Shown: positions 1 to 11,779 of the stretch, piece after piece | How positions within the stretch are numbered: position 1 is the stretch's first letter | Layout of the letters: every line of letters begins with the position of its first letter | Assembly (NCBI GenBank): GCA_043228905.1 | Contig: JBHGNT010000001.1 | Coordinates: forward strand, 19,468,001-19,532,000 | DNA from: Azolla caroliniana | Lineage: Eukaryota > Plantae > Polypodiophyta | Direction: 5' to 3' | DNA: 64,000 nt | The notes under the pieces: model-generated | Told to the model about the DNA's origin: nothing | Seen by the model: only the letters and a program-made list of their open reading frames with translations | Databases searched by the model: none | Program-made: the position numbers and the translations under genes

Positions 1-3000
1 TAAGTACAAGCCGGTGATGTAACTATCCTAAGTAGCACTAGCTCATTAAGTAGGGAACCGAGGAGAATAACAGGGATTTAACGGTCTGTAAACGGCTCTC
101 TCCTTGTGCTATAAAAGGAGAGGAAAGGGGCTTGAGTGGGAAGAAGCGGACCGTGCAGAGCAGCAAGTCTGGGAGGTCACTGGATGGGGTGATCCCGTTG
201 AGGAGAAGACCGGTTTCGTGGAAGTTGCGTGCCAGAACTACGAGGTTCTGATAGAAGACAAGCACGTGGGAAAGGCCGGAGGTGCTGGTCCCTCATAGCG
301 GTATGAGACCCGGTTCGGGTAGAAGCAAAATGATGTCGGCAACCCCGACGCACCGGACAAAGCGAAGCGGGCCAGTTACTGGCTGAGCACGAAGATCGAG
401 AGGTCGACAGACCTGCGGAAGGTCCTCAAAGAGTGGATCCTCGACAGCAAGGGAGGTGCTCGAAATCACCAAGGAGTTCCACGATTCCATCGTGGACTTG
501 GTGAAACGTAAATGGCTCTCGACGGAGCTGGAACCGGAGAAGCCGGTGGAGGTGCAAACGACGCGCCTGGAAGACATGGCCCTAGAATATGAGTTGGTGG
601 AAAGCCACTATATGAGGTGGCACTGGGCCAGAGCCACTACGGATACCCCTGTTCGGATCGGGGACATCCAGGAGCGAGTGGTGGCATTGATAGACCATGG
701 CTCGGAGATCAACCTGATGTCCATGGACTTCTATAAGAAGGGGAAGTGGCCAATCAACACCAAGCACGGCTAGAAAATACGCGCGGCGACACGCGCTACG
801 GAGGAGCTACACAGGGCATGCCCGAACGTGCGTGTCAAGATCGGTGACGTCGTGATCGATCAACACTTTTTCGTGCAGGAGACGTCCTCGCACCAAGTGA
901 TACTCGACGAGCCGTACATTACGGCGGCACATATGGAGACAAGGGTGTTGGATAACAGTTCAGCGTACGCACGCGTAAAGAGCCAAGATGGACGACACTT
1001 CATCCAATTCCTGATTGTGCAACCGAACCATGAGCGGAACCGGAAAACCCTCGGCAACGGCGAACGAGGGGATTTTTAGAGAGGGCTATCAAGGTGTGGG
1101 GCCGTGAGTCTACGGTATCCGGCCAACATAGGACACCAGTTCAGCAACACAACGCTATGGGAGCTCCAGGTTGGTGGGGGTGGCTTTCTACTGTCGCCGG
1201 AGGAGGACCGGTTTCGGAGAATGCTCAGGAGGCATGGGAAGGCCTTCGCATTCTCGCAAGGAGAGATTGGGTGCGTGGACCCGACGGTCATTGAGCCGAT
1301 GGTTATTTTTACAGTACCGCATGTGCCGTGGAATTTCAAACCGATTCCAGTACCCAGAGCTTACATCCCGATGTTGATGGAGCTGCTAAAGTAGAAGGTG
1401 GAGATGGGCATCCTCGAACCGTCGAGTGCCCCATACTTGAATCGGTGATTTACTGTGCCTAAGAAGAACGGCACGTTGCGCTTCATTCAAGACCTGCAAC
1501 TGATCAATAAAGTGACCATTCGGAACGCAGGAGTCGAACCGACAATCAACGAGTTTGTAGAGGCCTTCGCTGGGAGTTCGATCTATCCGGTCGGGGATCT
1601 ACACTCAGGGTATGACTAGTTCCAACTAGCCGAGGAGAGCAAGGATATCACGACGATGCGGACACCTCTCGGATTAGTGCGGATGCGTACCCTGCCGCAG
1701 GGAGGGACAAACTCAGTGGCGCACATGGTGAATGCGATGAACAAGGTGCCAAGGGACTGCATCCCAGATATCACCATGCCCTTTTTGAACGATATACCAA
1801 TAAAGGGGTGCCCGGTGGAGGATAAGGATGAAACGGTTGGGCTGAACGGATGCCGAAGATTCGTGGTGCACCACATTGACGACTACGAGAAGGTACTGCA
1901 AAGGCTAGGGGGTGCACGACTCACCCTCTTGTTATTCCTTAGGGCCGGGCAATGGCCTAACACAAGGTGTCTACGGAAGACACTTCACCAAAGGGTGCTA
2001 CGGCGAGATAACTTAAGACTCAACGATTAATCAGACTTTAATTGGTTACTTAGCACTATGGCATTAGACTTGATACACGCGTATGATAGAACAATTAGCA
2101 AAGAACAATAATCAACACTTAAAGATAAAACAAGAAGCTCTATTAATTATCCATCAAAGTTTTACATTGTAATTGGGCCTTTATATAGGTCACTGATGCT
2201 GAGTACAAAACGGTGCCAACCGGCACCTGTTCAGAACCGGTCCGGATCGGGATCGGCATACCGATTCCGGTCCGTCCGTTCACGTCTCATAAACTACTTA
2301 ATTATAATAGATTCCGAATATACAATCCCTTTCACATTCTGGTCTTTAACTCCTTTGTCGGCCGGGTAACACCTCTCCGGAGAGAAGTCGGCTTTCGGGC
2401 AACCAGAGATCCTTGTGGTCGGTCACTTGTGCGGGCCTTACAGCCGGAAACCGTCTCTGGAGAAGATAGAGGCCATTTCTGCGATGAAGGAAGAATGCAA
2501 GTTGGTTATGAAGGTGCAGAGATTCCTGGGGGCATGCGCGTTCTATCACATTTGGGTCCCGCACTACACACACATCGCGGAACCGCTCTACGGATTGCTT
2601 AAGAAAGGGAGAAAATTTGAATGGAGTAACGAACATACGGAATCAATCCAAAGATTAAAAGAGGTGCTTACCGCAGCACCGGCTCTTCAGAAGGCGGTCT
2701 ATGGCAAGAAGGTCCCCATCTACGTAACCGTAGACACAAGCCCGACCGGGATTAGATGGGTGATCAATCAGGAGGACGAGAGCGGTAAGGACAACACCAT
2801 GGCCGATATGCTTTTAAGAGCATGGTTTGACGATGAAGATGGCATGGTTTTGGAGAATGAAGAAGTTAGTGAGGACTTCTTCGAGTCGGTTCACATAGTG
2901 GCAAAGGTTGGGAGCACTCCGGTGCTTAATGAGTTCAACAAGAGCAGGTACAACGAGGGCTAGTTCCATATCGCTAGGTTCTTGATGATGGCGGGAGCGG

Positions 3001-3046
3001 CATGGACAAGGGAAGAGGCTAACCGGATCTGGAAGAAAGCGTACCG
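1..3046 (+). mobile_element. Decayed Ty3/gypsy LTR retrotransposon internal region (gag end, protease, RT, partial RNase H); no LTR in window
   Basis: Protease motif LIDHGSEINLMS (456-773); RT motifs FTVPKKNG..RFIQDLQ, TLPQGGTNSVAHM, MPFLNDIPIKG; RT thumb FLGACAFYHIWVPHY; RNase H start YVTVDTSPTG; many stops and deletions. Confidence 0.9.
1930..2371 (-). mobile_element. Solo LTR (gypsy-type family) inserted in the RT above
   Basis: TGTTA...TAACA termini; 5-bp TSD CCTCT (1925-1929, 2372-2376); removing it restores RT frame RLTLSGEKSAFG; strand inferred from the related LTR at 41378. Confidence 0.9.
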
Positions 3047-4466
3047 GATCTGGAAGAGGCTAACCGGATCTGGCTAACGATTATAACGATAATAGTTTAT
3101 CAACCAACTGGTCGACTAGTCAATTCGACTAGCCGACTCCTCTGTCGACTGTCCACTCGGCCTGACTAGTCAGCCATAACTTTGACCCAGATCAACATAT
3201 TGTTGACTCTCCATGTCGACTCCCCTTTGTCTTTGACTGTCGACTGCCGACCCGACCAATCGTCTCCTCCCATAGGAGGGAAATATTCCTACCAAACTCC
3301 CCTTTCACTCCTAGGGGTGGAGTGGGTGAGTCATATCCTCTGTCGACGGACTTTGAGTTTTGTTTGGGTGTGGTACACAACATTCTTGGCTAGATGTATG
3401 GCCCTTTGGCTATCATAATGAAGCAAGAACTCCCTTTGCTTCAATCCCAACTCACTGAGAAAGACTCTCATCCAAAACAGCTCTTTGTAGGCCTCTACCG
3501 TTGCCATATATTGCCTCTGTGGTTGACAAGGCCACAAACTTCTGTAGTCGTGACTGCCATGATGTTGCTCCCCCTTCATAGGACATCACGTACCCTGATG
3601 TGGATTAGCTGGATTCTATATCCCCTGACATGTCTAAAGCGGTAAACCCTTCGAGCATGGGTTTTCTGACACTATACCTTAGGCATACCTTTGAGGTGCC
3701 TTTCAAGTACCTGAGTATCCACTTCATGGTTGCCTAGTGTTCTTTTCTTGGATTACTTATGTATCGTCTTATCACTCCCACGACAAATGCTATGTTTTGT
3801 CTCGTGCATACCATATCATACATTAAAGTGCTGACGGATAAGGCATATGGTACTTTCCTCATTTCAACCTTTTCTTTTTCCCCTCTAGGACATTGCTTCG
3901 CATTCAGCTTGCAGTTAGTTGGTAACACATAACTTACTAGCTTTGCTTCTAACATGTTGAACCTCTCCAAGATCTTTATCACATACTTCTCCTATGACAA
4001 CCACAACACTTTCTTAGTTTTGTCCTGAACTATGTGCATTCCTAAGATCTGTTTTGTCGGTCCAAGATCTTTCATTGCAAATGACTTGCCTAATGCTTTC
4101 TTCAAGCTCACGATCTTCTTCGTGTCTTGTCCGACTATTAACATGTCTTCCACATATAACAAGAGAATTAAGAAGTCTCCTTCATCGTACCTTTTGGTGA
4201 ACACATAATGATCAACCTGTGTTTTCTAGAACCTATGTTCCACCATGAAGGACTCAAACTTCTTGTACCAGTGGCATGGAGTTTGTGTCAACCCATACAA
4301 GCTTTTCTTCAGTCGACACACCATGTTCTCGTTCCCCTACTCCACAAAGCCTTCAGGCTACTGCATGTAGATCTCCTCATATCCAGCTCCCCATGCAAGA
4401 ATGTTGTCTTGACATCCAATTGTTCGATCTCCAGATCCATGCTCGCAACAATGCTCAGAACAATTT

Positions 4467-7400
4467 TGTTGAGAGACAAGCTCAACATCGGTCGGATCGG
4501 CTGAAGAAGCCGAGGACCGGATCGGTTGGGACCGATCGGTTAGGCTGAGTGCGTAAACCGGGAGGCCGTTAGGAAAGATATTCCGTGAGGAATATATTTG
4601 GGAGTTAGTGTAGGAGCTCTTAAAGAGCATTGAAGTACGCTCAGTACTTCGGTCAGTCCTTCGAGGACTTCTATAAAAGTGTTCATGGAACACACATATG
4701 TGTAGAGTAGTGAATCGAGATCTTTTGTTGAATATAGTTCTTGTGTTTCCTCTCTATCACTCTCTCTGTCTCTCCCACGTATACTGCGTAAGTTCAACCT
4801 CTCCATTAAACCTGATTTTTCTTCCTTCTGTTCGGTCTTCATACTTGCTTCCGCACGTTACTCTTTACAAATTTGGATGGATGTCATCTTCACGACTAGT
4901 GCGAATATTTCGTCAAAGTCAACACCCTTTTTCTGTTGGAATTCCTTCACCACAATTCACGCTTTAAATTTGGGTGTGTTGTAGACTTCTCCAGTCTTCG
5001 TCTTGTAGATGCATTTATTCCTAAGTGCTCTCCTACCTTTTGGTAGCTCCACCAAAGTTGTAAGTATATTTTTCGTGACTCCGAGGGAACCGGTGAAGGA
5101 TCTTTAAAGGTGAAGACCGCGTCGACCGAGAAGGCCTCGACATCGGCTAATGTGAGATTACGTCGATCTACCGGCCAAAAGAATCCTGTTTTGTGGTTCG
5201 GATACAACGAGTACATGGCACATCATTATGCGTACATGACCCGTGTAGTGGAAGTGCATGAGCCGGAGAGCTACGTAGAAGCGGCTAAAGACGCGAATTG
5301 GCGTGCCACGATGGAGGAAGAGATGCACGCATTGGCGGAGAACTAGACCTGGGACCTGGTTGACGCACCAAGAGGGGTAAAAATGATCGGGTGTAGGTGA
5401 GTGTACAGGGCCAAGTACAACACCAATGGCTCGGTCAACCGGTACAAGGCTCGGCTAGTGGCAAAGGGCTACGCGCAGAAACACGGCATCGACTATGATG
5501 AGACATTTGCGCCAGTCGCGAAAATGACGATCGTCCGTGTTTTGCTTGCAGTAGCTGCGGTGAAGGAGTGGCCCTTACATCAGATGGATGTAAAGAATGT
5601 GTTCCTGCAAGGTGACCTTGAGGAACAGGTGTACATGGTACAGCCCCCCGGATTTCATTTTGGAACGAACTCCTCGACAGTATGCCGACTGAAGAAGTCC
5701 CTTTACGGACTGAAGCAAGCCCCGCGTGCCTGGAACGCGAAGATCACGCAACAACTGTGTCGAATGGGCTTCTTCACGTCAAAATCGGACTCTTCCCTGT
5801 TCATCTGGAAAGGTCGACTCGGACCAGTTAGTATTTTACTATATGTTGATGACTTGGTCATCACCGGCGCCGACCTACGTGAAATTGACCGCGTGAAGCT
5901 CCAGCTTGCGGCATCGTTCGACATGAAGGATCTAGGGGACCTTCATTACTTCCTCGGGATCGAAGTGATCCGTACCCCCAAAGGCATATTGATCATCCAA
6001 CGTCACTACGTGCTGAGTATGCTCTTCAAATTCGGGATGGCCAACTGTAAGTCAGTCTCAACTCCTCTGGACAGAACCGTCAAGCTTCGTCTCGATACGG
6101 GAACGGTATGCGACCCGACGAGGTTCCGACAAATTGTCGGAAGCCTCATATATTTGACCATCACCCGACCCGACCTCAGTTATCCGGTCGGAGTGATCAA
6201 TCAGTTCATGGTGCGACCTACCGAGGAGCACCTTCAGTGTGCGCAACGCATACTTCGGTATGTCAACGGCACTAAGGACCGGGGACTGCTATATCGGACC
6301 GGTGCAGCCGCGCAGTTAGTCGGCTACACTGATGCTGATTGGGCTGGCAACGCCGCCGATCGCCGATCCACGTCCGGATACACGTTCTCCCTTGGGAGTG
6401 CCGCGATCGCGTGGAGTAGTAAGAAGCAGCCGACAGTTGCACTGTCGAGCACCGAAGCTGAGTACCGAGGAGCTGTTGTCGCGACATGCGAAGCCATATG
6501 GTTGAAGCGGCTACTTAAGGACCTGCAAGAGGAGATGTCAGATCCGACGCCGATCTACTGCGACAACCTCATCAGCATCCAACTCGCGAAAAACCCCATT
6601 TTCCACGCACAGACCAAGCACATTGAGGTGCACTACCATTTCGTCCGTGAGCGTGTCCTTTCCGGTGAAGTCAAACTTCAGTACGTTCGGACGGACCGGC
6701 AGACTGCCGACATCTTCACTAAGCCCCTTGGTCTGGACAAGTTGCGGCAATTCTCCAGTGCGCTTGGATTGCGTCACCTCGACGTGCCAAACTTGAGGGG
6801 GAGAACAGTCCCGAACGACCAAGCAAAGCAGCAGGAAAGGAGCGGAGGCCGCGACACCGAGTCGGTTGACTCGGCTGTTGACTCGGTTGTCGAGTTCGAC
6901 TTCGGATCGGCTGAAGAAGCCGAGGGCGGACCCGCGGAAAAGTTCGAAAGCGGACAGAAGGGGAGCAGCCGAAGGAGAGAGCCAAAGCCAACCATGCATG
7001 GGGAAGATGACGCCACCAAGGGTGAGAAGACCGAAGATGAGTTGGAGACAACCAACTCGGACGGGAGCGAAAACCGATCGGAGGTAGTCGAGTCGGTTCG
7101 GATGTTTGATTCAGATACGCTGAATCAACCGAGGCCCAAGCGGAAGAAAAGGCAGCAGGAGAAGCGTCAACACCGCCACAGTAGAAGAGCTGATCAGGGC
7201 CGCATGAGCAGACAAGCCGACCGGAAGGGTCGAAGCGCGCGGAGTCCAACAGGTCGAGGAGCACGAGCGAGGCGTGAAGCCAGGAGGAACCAGAGTTGTG
7301 AGCCCGAGGATCCCGAAGAGCCTCGAGTTGAGCTTGAGGGGGAGTGTTGAGAGACAAGCTCAACATCGGCCGGATCGGCTGAAGAAGCCGAGGACCGGAT

Positions 7401-7747
7401 CGGTTGGGACCGATCGGTTAGGTCGAGTGTGTAAACCGGGAGGCTGTTAGGAAAGATATTCTGTGAGGAATATATTTGGGAGTTAGTGTAGGAGCTCTTA
7501 AAGAGCATTGAAGTATGCTCAGTACTTCGGTCAGTCCTTCGAGGACTTCTATAAAAGTGTTCATGGAACACACATATGTGTAGAGTAGTGAATCGAGATC
7601 TTTTGTTGAATATAGTTCTTGTGTTTCCTCTCTATCACTCTCTCTATCTCTCCCGCGTATACTGCGTAAGCTCAACCTCTCCATTAAACCTGATTTTTCT
7701 TCCTTTTGTTCGGTCTTCATACTTGCTTCCGCACGTTACTCTTTACA
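4467..7747 (+). mobile_element. Ty1/copia element A, 403-bp LTRs (4467-4869, 7345-7747), 5' internal part replaced by host flank
   Basis: TGTTG...TTACA LTRs; TSD AATTT (4462-4466, 7748-7752); PPT GAGGGGGAG at 7336-7344. Confidence 0.92.
5401..7350 (+). CDS. Copia RT-RNase H open frame with ~185-aa charged C-terminal extension (5'-truncated pol of element A)
   Basis: [52 protein letters not shown]; stop codon lies inside the 3' LTR. Confidence 0.85.
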   Translation: MYRAKYNTNGSVNRYKARLVAKGYAQKHGIDYDETFAPVAKMTIVRVLLAVAAVKEWPLHQMDVKNVFLQGDLEEQVYMVQPPGFHFGTNSSTVCRLKKSLYGLKQAPRAWNAKITQQLCRMGFFTSKSDSSLFIWKGRLGPVSILLYVDDLVITGADLREIDRVKLQLAASFDMKDLGDLHYFLGIEVIRTPKGILIIQRHYVLSMLFKFGMANCKSVSTPLDRTVKLRLDTGTVCDPTRFRQIVGSLIYLTITRPDLSYPVGVINQFMVRPTEEHLQCAQRILRYVNGTKDRGLLYRTGAAAQLVGYTDADWAGNAADRRSTSGYTFSLGSAAIAWSSKKQPTVALSSTEAEYRGAVVATCEAIWLKRLLKDLQEEMSDPTPIYCDNLISIQLAKNPIFHAQTKHIEVHYHFVRERVLSGEVKLQYVRTDRQTADIFTKPLGLDKLRQFSSALGLRHLDVPNLRGRTVPNDQAKQQERSGGRDTESVDSAVDSVVEFDFGSAEEAEGGPAEKFESGQKGSSRRREPKPTMHGEDDATKGEKTEDELETTNSDGSENRSEVVESVRMFDSDTLNQPRPKRKKRQQEKRQHRHSRRADQGRMSRQADRKGRSARSPTGRGARARREARRNQSCEPEDPEEPRVELEGEC

Positions 7748-9213
7748 AATTTGGATGGATGTCATCTTCACGACTAGTGCGAATATTTCGTCAAAGTCAA
7801 CACCCTTTTTCTGTTGGAATTCCTTCACCACAATTCACGCTTTAAATTTGGGTGTGTTGTAGACTTCTCCAGTCTTCGTCTTGTAGATGCATTTATTCCT
7901 AAGTGCTCTCCTACCTTTTGGTAGCTCCACCAAAGTTGTAAGTATATTTTTCGTGCAAGGAGTCCATCTCATCTTGTATCGCACTCTGCCATTTTTTTTT
8001 ATGCTCATTGGCTATGGGTTCTTCAGAGCACTCCGGCTCTCCTTCATCAGTCAAGAGGATGTATTGACTATCATATCTCGTCGGTGCTCTTCGTTCTCTG
8101 AGCGGGTATCTCCTTCCACTCGTTGTTGGCTCCAGTTCGGATGTCTCTGCCAACTCTACTTTTGGCTCAGATTCATATGTGTCAATCTGTCGTCGGGGTT
8201 TAGAAGATTCCGATTCGTAGTCCTCGATCGACTTCAATAGGTATGTTGACTCCTACTCATCTGTGTTGATTGGATGCTCTGAGTCAACCGACTTGGATTC
8301 GGCTGTGCCGATTGGCTGTCACTGAGTAGCCAACTGTGTTGGTTCACTTTGCCTTAAGTCAGTGGTAGTGGGAGTCAATTGAGAAGTCGATTCCGACTTC
8401 TGTTGCTTCCACTCCTCAATCGTCTTGTTTTCCAAGAAGATTACGTCCTGACTCCTCACTACTTTCTTATTGGCTAAGTCCCATAGCCTGTAGCTGAAGT
8501 CGTCCTCCGAGTATCCCATGAATATGCATGGTTTCGACTTATTGTTGAGCTTCGAACTCTGATCCTTAGCCACATGCATATACACTAAGCATCCAAACAC
8601 CCTGAGGTGTCGGTGGGAGACATCCTTTCTTGTCCAGAACCTCTGTGGGACATCACCTTTCAATGGTACTAAGGGAGACTTGTTGATCATATAAACAACC
8701 GTGTACATCCCCTCAACCCAATACGATTTCGGCAGCTTGGCATGTGACAAAATGCTCCTTACTCTCTCCAGAATTGTTCGATTCATTCTCTCTACAAGCC
8801 TGTTCAACTCAGGGATCTTTGGTAAAGTGTATTTGATTTGAATACCCTAGGCCTTGCAGTATTCCTCAAACTGCCCATTATATTCGCCACCATTGTCGGT
8901 TCGGACAACCTTCAGCTTCCAACCCGACTCCCATTCGGTTCTTGCCTAGAACTCCTTGACCATTGACAGTACTTGATCCTTCGACTTTTGTAAGAAGGCC
9001 CATGTCTTTCGACTATAGTCGTCAATACACGTTACAAAGTACTGTCCACCTCGATGCGATGGAGCATCTAGATAGCACACATATATGTGTACTAGTTCCA
9101 GTGCAACTTTTCTTCTTCTTGGTGGTCTGTGTGGAATGTTGTCATGTTCTGCTTCCCGACTAAGCAATCGATACACTTCTCCAAGTGTACTCCTTTCACT
9201 TCTGGAAGAAGTT

Positions 9214-10216
9214 AACATGTTCGCATTCAGAAGTGGAAGGATAGCACAATTCGAAGGATAGGGAATATTCCATTAGATTTCAAGGTTTTTTTAACCATCT
9301 CACAAAAGATGTGATACCTATATCACATGTGCTCAAAGACTCAAAGGAAAAGCTTAAAATATCACCATGTAATAAAATTGAAAATTCACAAAATTAGAAA
9401 AATGGAAGAATTTTACAACATGTTTTTTATCGTAAAAATAACAACTCATGTTGTTTATAACAAACAATTTTCACAATGAGCGATTGATTTAAAAACAATT
9501 AAGCTTTATATCCTTTGAGTTCTTACAAGCTTATATTGTTAACTGTTCATGCCAAAAAATACAATGAAGATTTATTCCTCGCATAAGAATCACTACTATA
9601 AAGCCTAGTATACAATGATGATTCATTATCCTCATCATCAGATGTACCAATCAAAGCATTGTCTTCATCTAAAAGTGAATGGTGTGACTCCAAATCGTGT
9701 GTAGAAGATCTGTCTGCCTTCGATCTGAGAAGCCTTGTAGACTTGGTAATTTCTCTTTTATTATGTCTATTGTTGACTTCCTTAAACGTCCAACTTTTGT
9801 TAGTGTAAAGTCGTACACATTGATATCCACATCTTGCATGTCAAGGGTCGATGTGTTACGAATATTTCTTTTCAGCTTTCTATTTCCTCTTGACGTTGGG
9901 CATTCCATCATCTCCAATGTATACTTGCTTGTAAATACATTCTTGCTTTTAGTGTTGTACCAATGCACCTTTGTAGACTTTATCTAATTTTGGTTTTCAT
10001 GCATCACCATGTCCAATACTTTACCAATCCAGAATTGGTGCCCCATGTCATTGTCATTGGCAGGTGTGGCAATTAACATCACAACCTTTATTTCTTGCGT
10101 GTTTCCTTTCCAATGGGCTTTTCCTACTTTTGTCATCCTCGGTCCCACATAGATGTCTCTCTGTTGTAGATGGAGCACGTTGTCAAGATCCACATTAGTT
10201 GTACAAGGTGAAGTTT
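9214..10216 (-). mobile_element. DNA transposon D1, 3' part (DUF7869-like transposase C-terminus and terminus)
   Basis: FWIGKV...VHWY...VYDFTLTKVGRLRKSTI peptide; continues in frame from 24141-24694 once D2 is removed; terminus AACATGTTCGCATT resembles the D2 TIR. Confidence 0.7.
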
Positions 10217-11340
10217 AACACCGGGTCATTTGAAACATGTAATATGTCACATTCTCTTTTTCATAACTTAGTGAGATGTTAAAAAATGCCTTATTTAAGC
10301 AGAATTTCAAAAAGGCATGACGCATGCGTATGTGGTTTATGAAAAAATAGCGAAAAATAGAACTAACTAATATCACGTCAACAAAATCATCCGACATATA
10401 TTCTATCTACCATGTTTTTGTCCAAATCTTAGACAGGGGTATATTTGTCAATGCAACTATAATAGTAACACGAGTCCTTGTGCATATTCTAAAAAGCATA
10501 CCCCACTGAATAAGTGGCTTCTTCTAAATATGTGTGTATATTTTTATATAATATATCTTAAAGCAAATTGTGAACCTTGCAATTAAGAGATACTACTATG
10601 TCAAGAGAAGAAAATTTCCATTGACACGTGATACATGACACCGTCAATGTATAAATAAACTAGTCTACAATAACATTCCAATCATACGAGTAAATAATAG
10701 AGTATAATTTTATCTCCCATATACCCCAAACGATAAAGGAGACTTTAGACAACATGCACACATACAAATTATACTTAATCTCTAAGTTCAATGAGTGTTA
10801 CACGAAAATTATAAATAAGCTCAACTTATATATTACATCAAAATTTAACAATTCATATTGTTCAAATTTTACAATAAGACATATCCATTCAATTGAATAA
10901 TAAGTCTGGTAAAGCCGTCTTTTTAGGATTAGCTCTTTCATCATGATTGTCCTCATTGGCTTTGTCGGTACGCTAAGTTGAATCGTTAGTATGTTCAGAC
11001 TCTAACATGTCTTCTAGTTCAACAAGGTTCCATGCTTCTTCATCTATAGGTTCCATAGGTTCTCTAGAAATCATTTAGAACATCTCAGTTTCATTGATAT
11101 GCTTTGCCCCAACTTCTTGGTCTTGATTAGGACAGTCCCAGATGTCAAGATTCAAACTCTTGACATAACCATGTTGTAATCGAGTGTTATGTGTTAACCA
11201 CACATCTAACATATAATCATGTATATACTTCCTCATTGTAGGTTTTAGCTAGCATCACATGCATGCGTACCTACTGCCTACATGCTCTATTGTATCACAT
11301 GCGTGCAACAAGTATGCATGCCACTTAGTATAAATAGTTA

Positions 11341-11376
11341 GTTCACCTTGAAGGAATTCAAGGTGAACAACGCTAG
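11341..11376 (+). mobile_element. Probable Helitron 3' terminus
   Basis: Perfect 12-bp hairpin GTTCACCTTGAA-ggaa-TTCAAGGTGAAC, 4 nt, then CTAG followed by T; 5' end not located. Confidence 0.5.
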
Positions 11377-11779
11377 TCATGGACATATCAATCTAGTATT
11401 CTCGTTTCGCCCATCTTCTCTCCTTAATCTTCGTCTCTATCTTTATGTTGTGGTGTCATTACGTCATCGCTCCGTCGTAGCCTCATCATCTATGCTCCGT
11501 CTTAGTCCGCGCTTGGTGTGTCCGTGACACCAGATACCTTGGATCCTCATTTTGATGAAAATAACCTGCTCAGGGTCCTTCTATAATGCAACAGAGTTCT
11601 TGAACTTCTCTTAAGGTGCATGTTGTAGTAGTACATGACAATTATAAAATTAAATTGCACATGTAACATCAAACTAAAGAATAGACTATAACGTTACTCT
11701 AAATTGATGTGACAAGTTTTATATACCTGTGTCGGAAAACAAATCTAAAACCCATTGAAATTTTGAAAAAATAATAAAT

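Larger units (their letters stand above)
3078..9213 (-). mobile_element. Decayed Ty1/copia element B (integrase, RT, RNase H, PPT, truncated 3' LTR)
   Basis: Minus-strand ORFs: ERMNRTILERVRS (IN), LLLYVEDMLI (RT), YDSQRAIHLAKN (RH); PPT GAAAGGGGAGTT then TG at 3294; interrupted at 4467-7747. Confidence 0.85.

Noticed and set aside
4467-4874. Independent solo LTR with TSD AATTT
   Set aside because: The right-hand TSD is part of a 208-bp flank copied from beyond the 3' LTR, and the matching internal region and LTR follow.
6538-7571. Long antisense ORFs (also 17931-18946, 35106-35651, 38045-38935) as separate genes
   Set aside because: Shadow frames of GC-rich retrotransposon coding sequence with no recognisable motifs.
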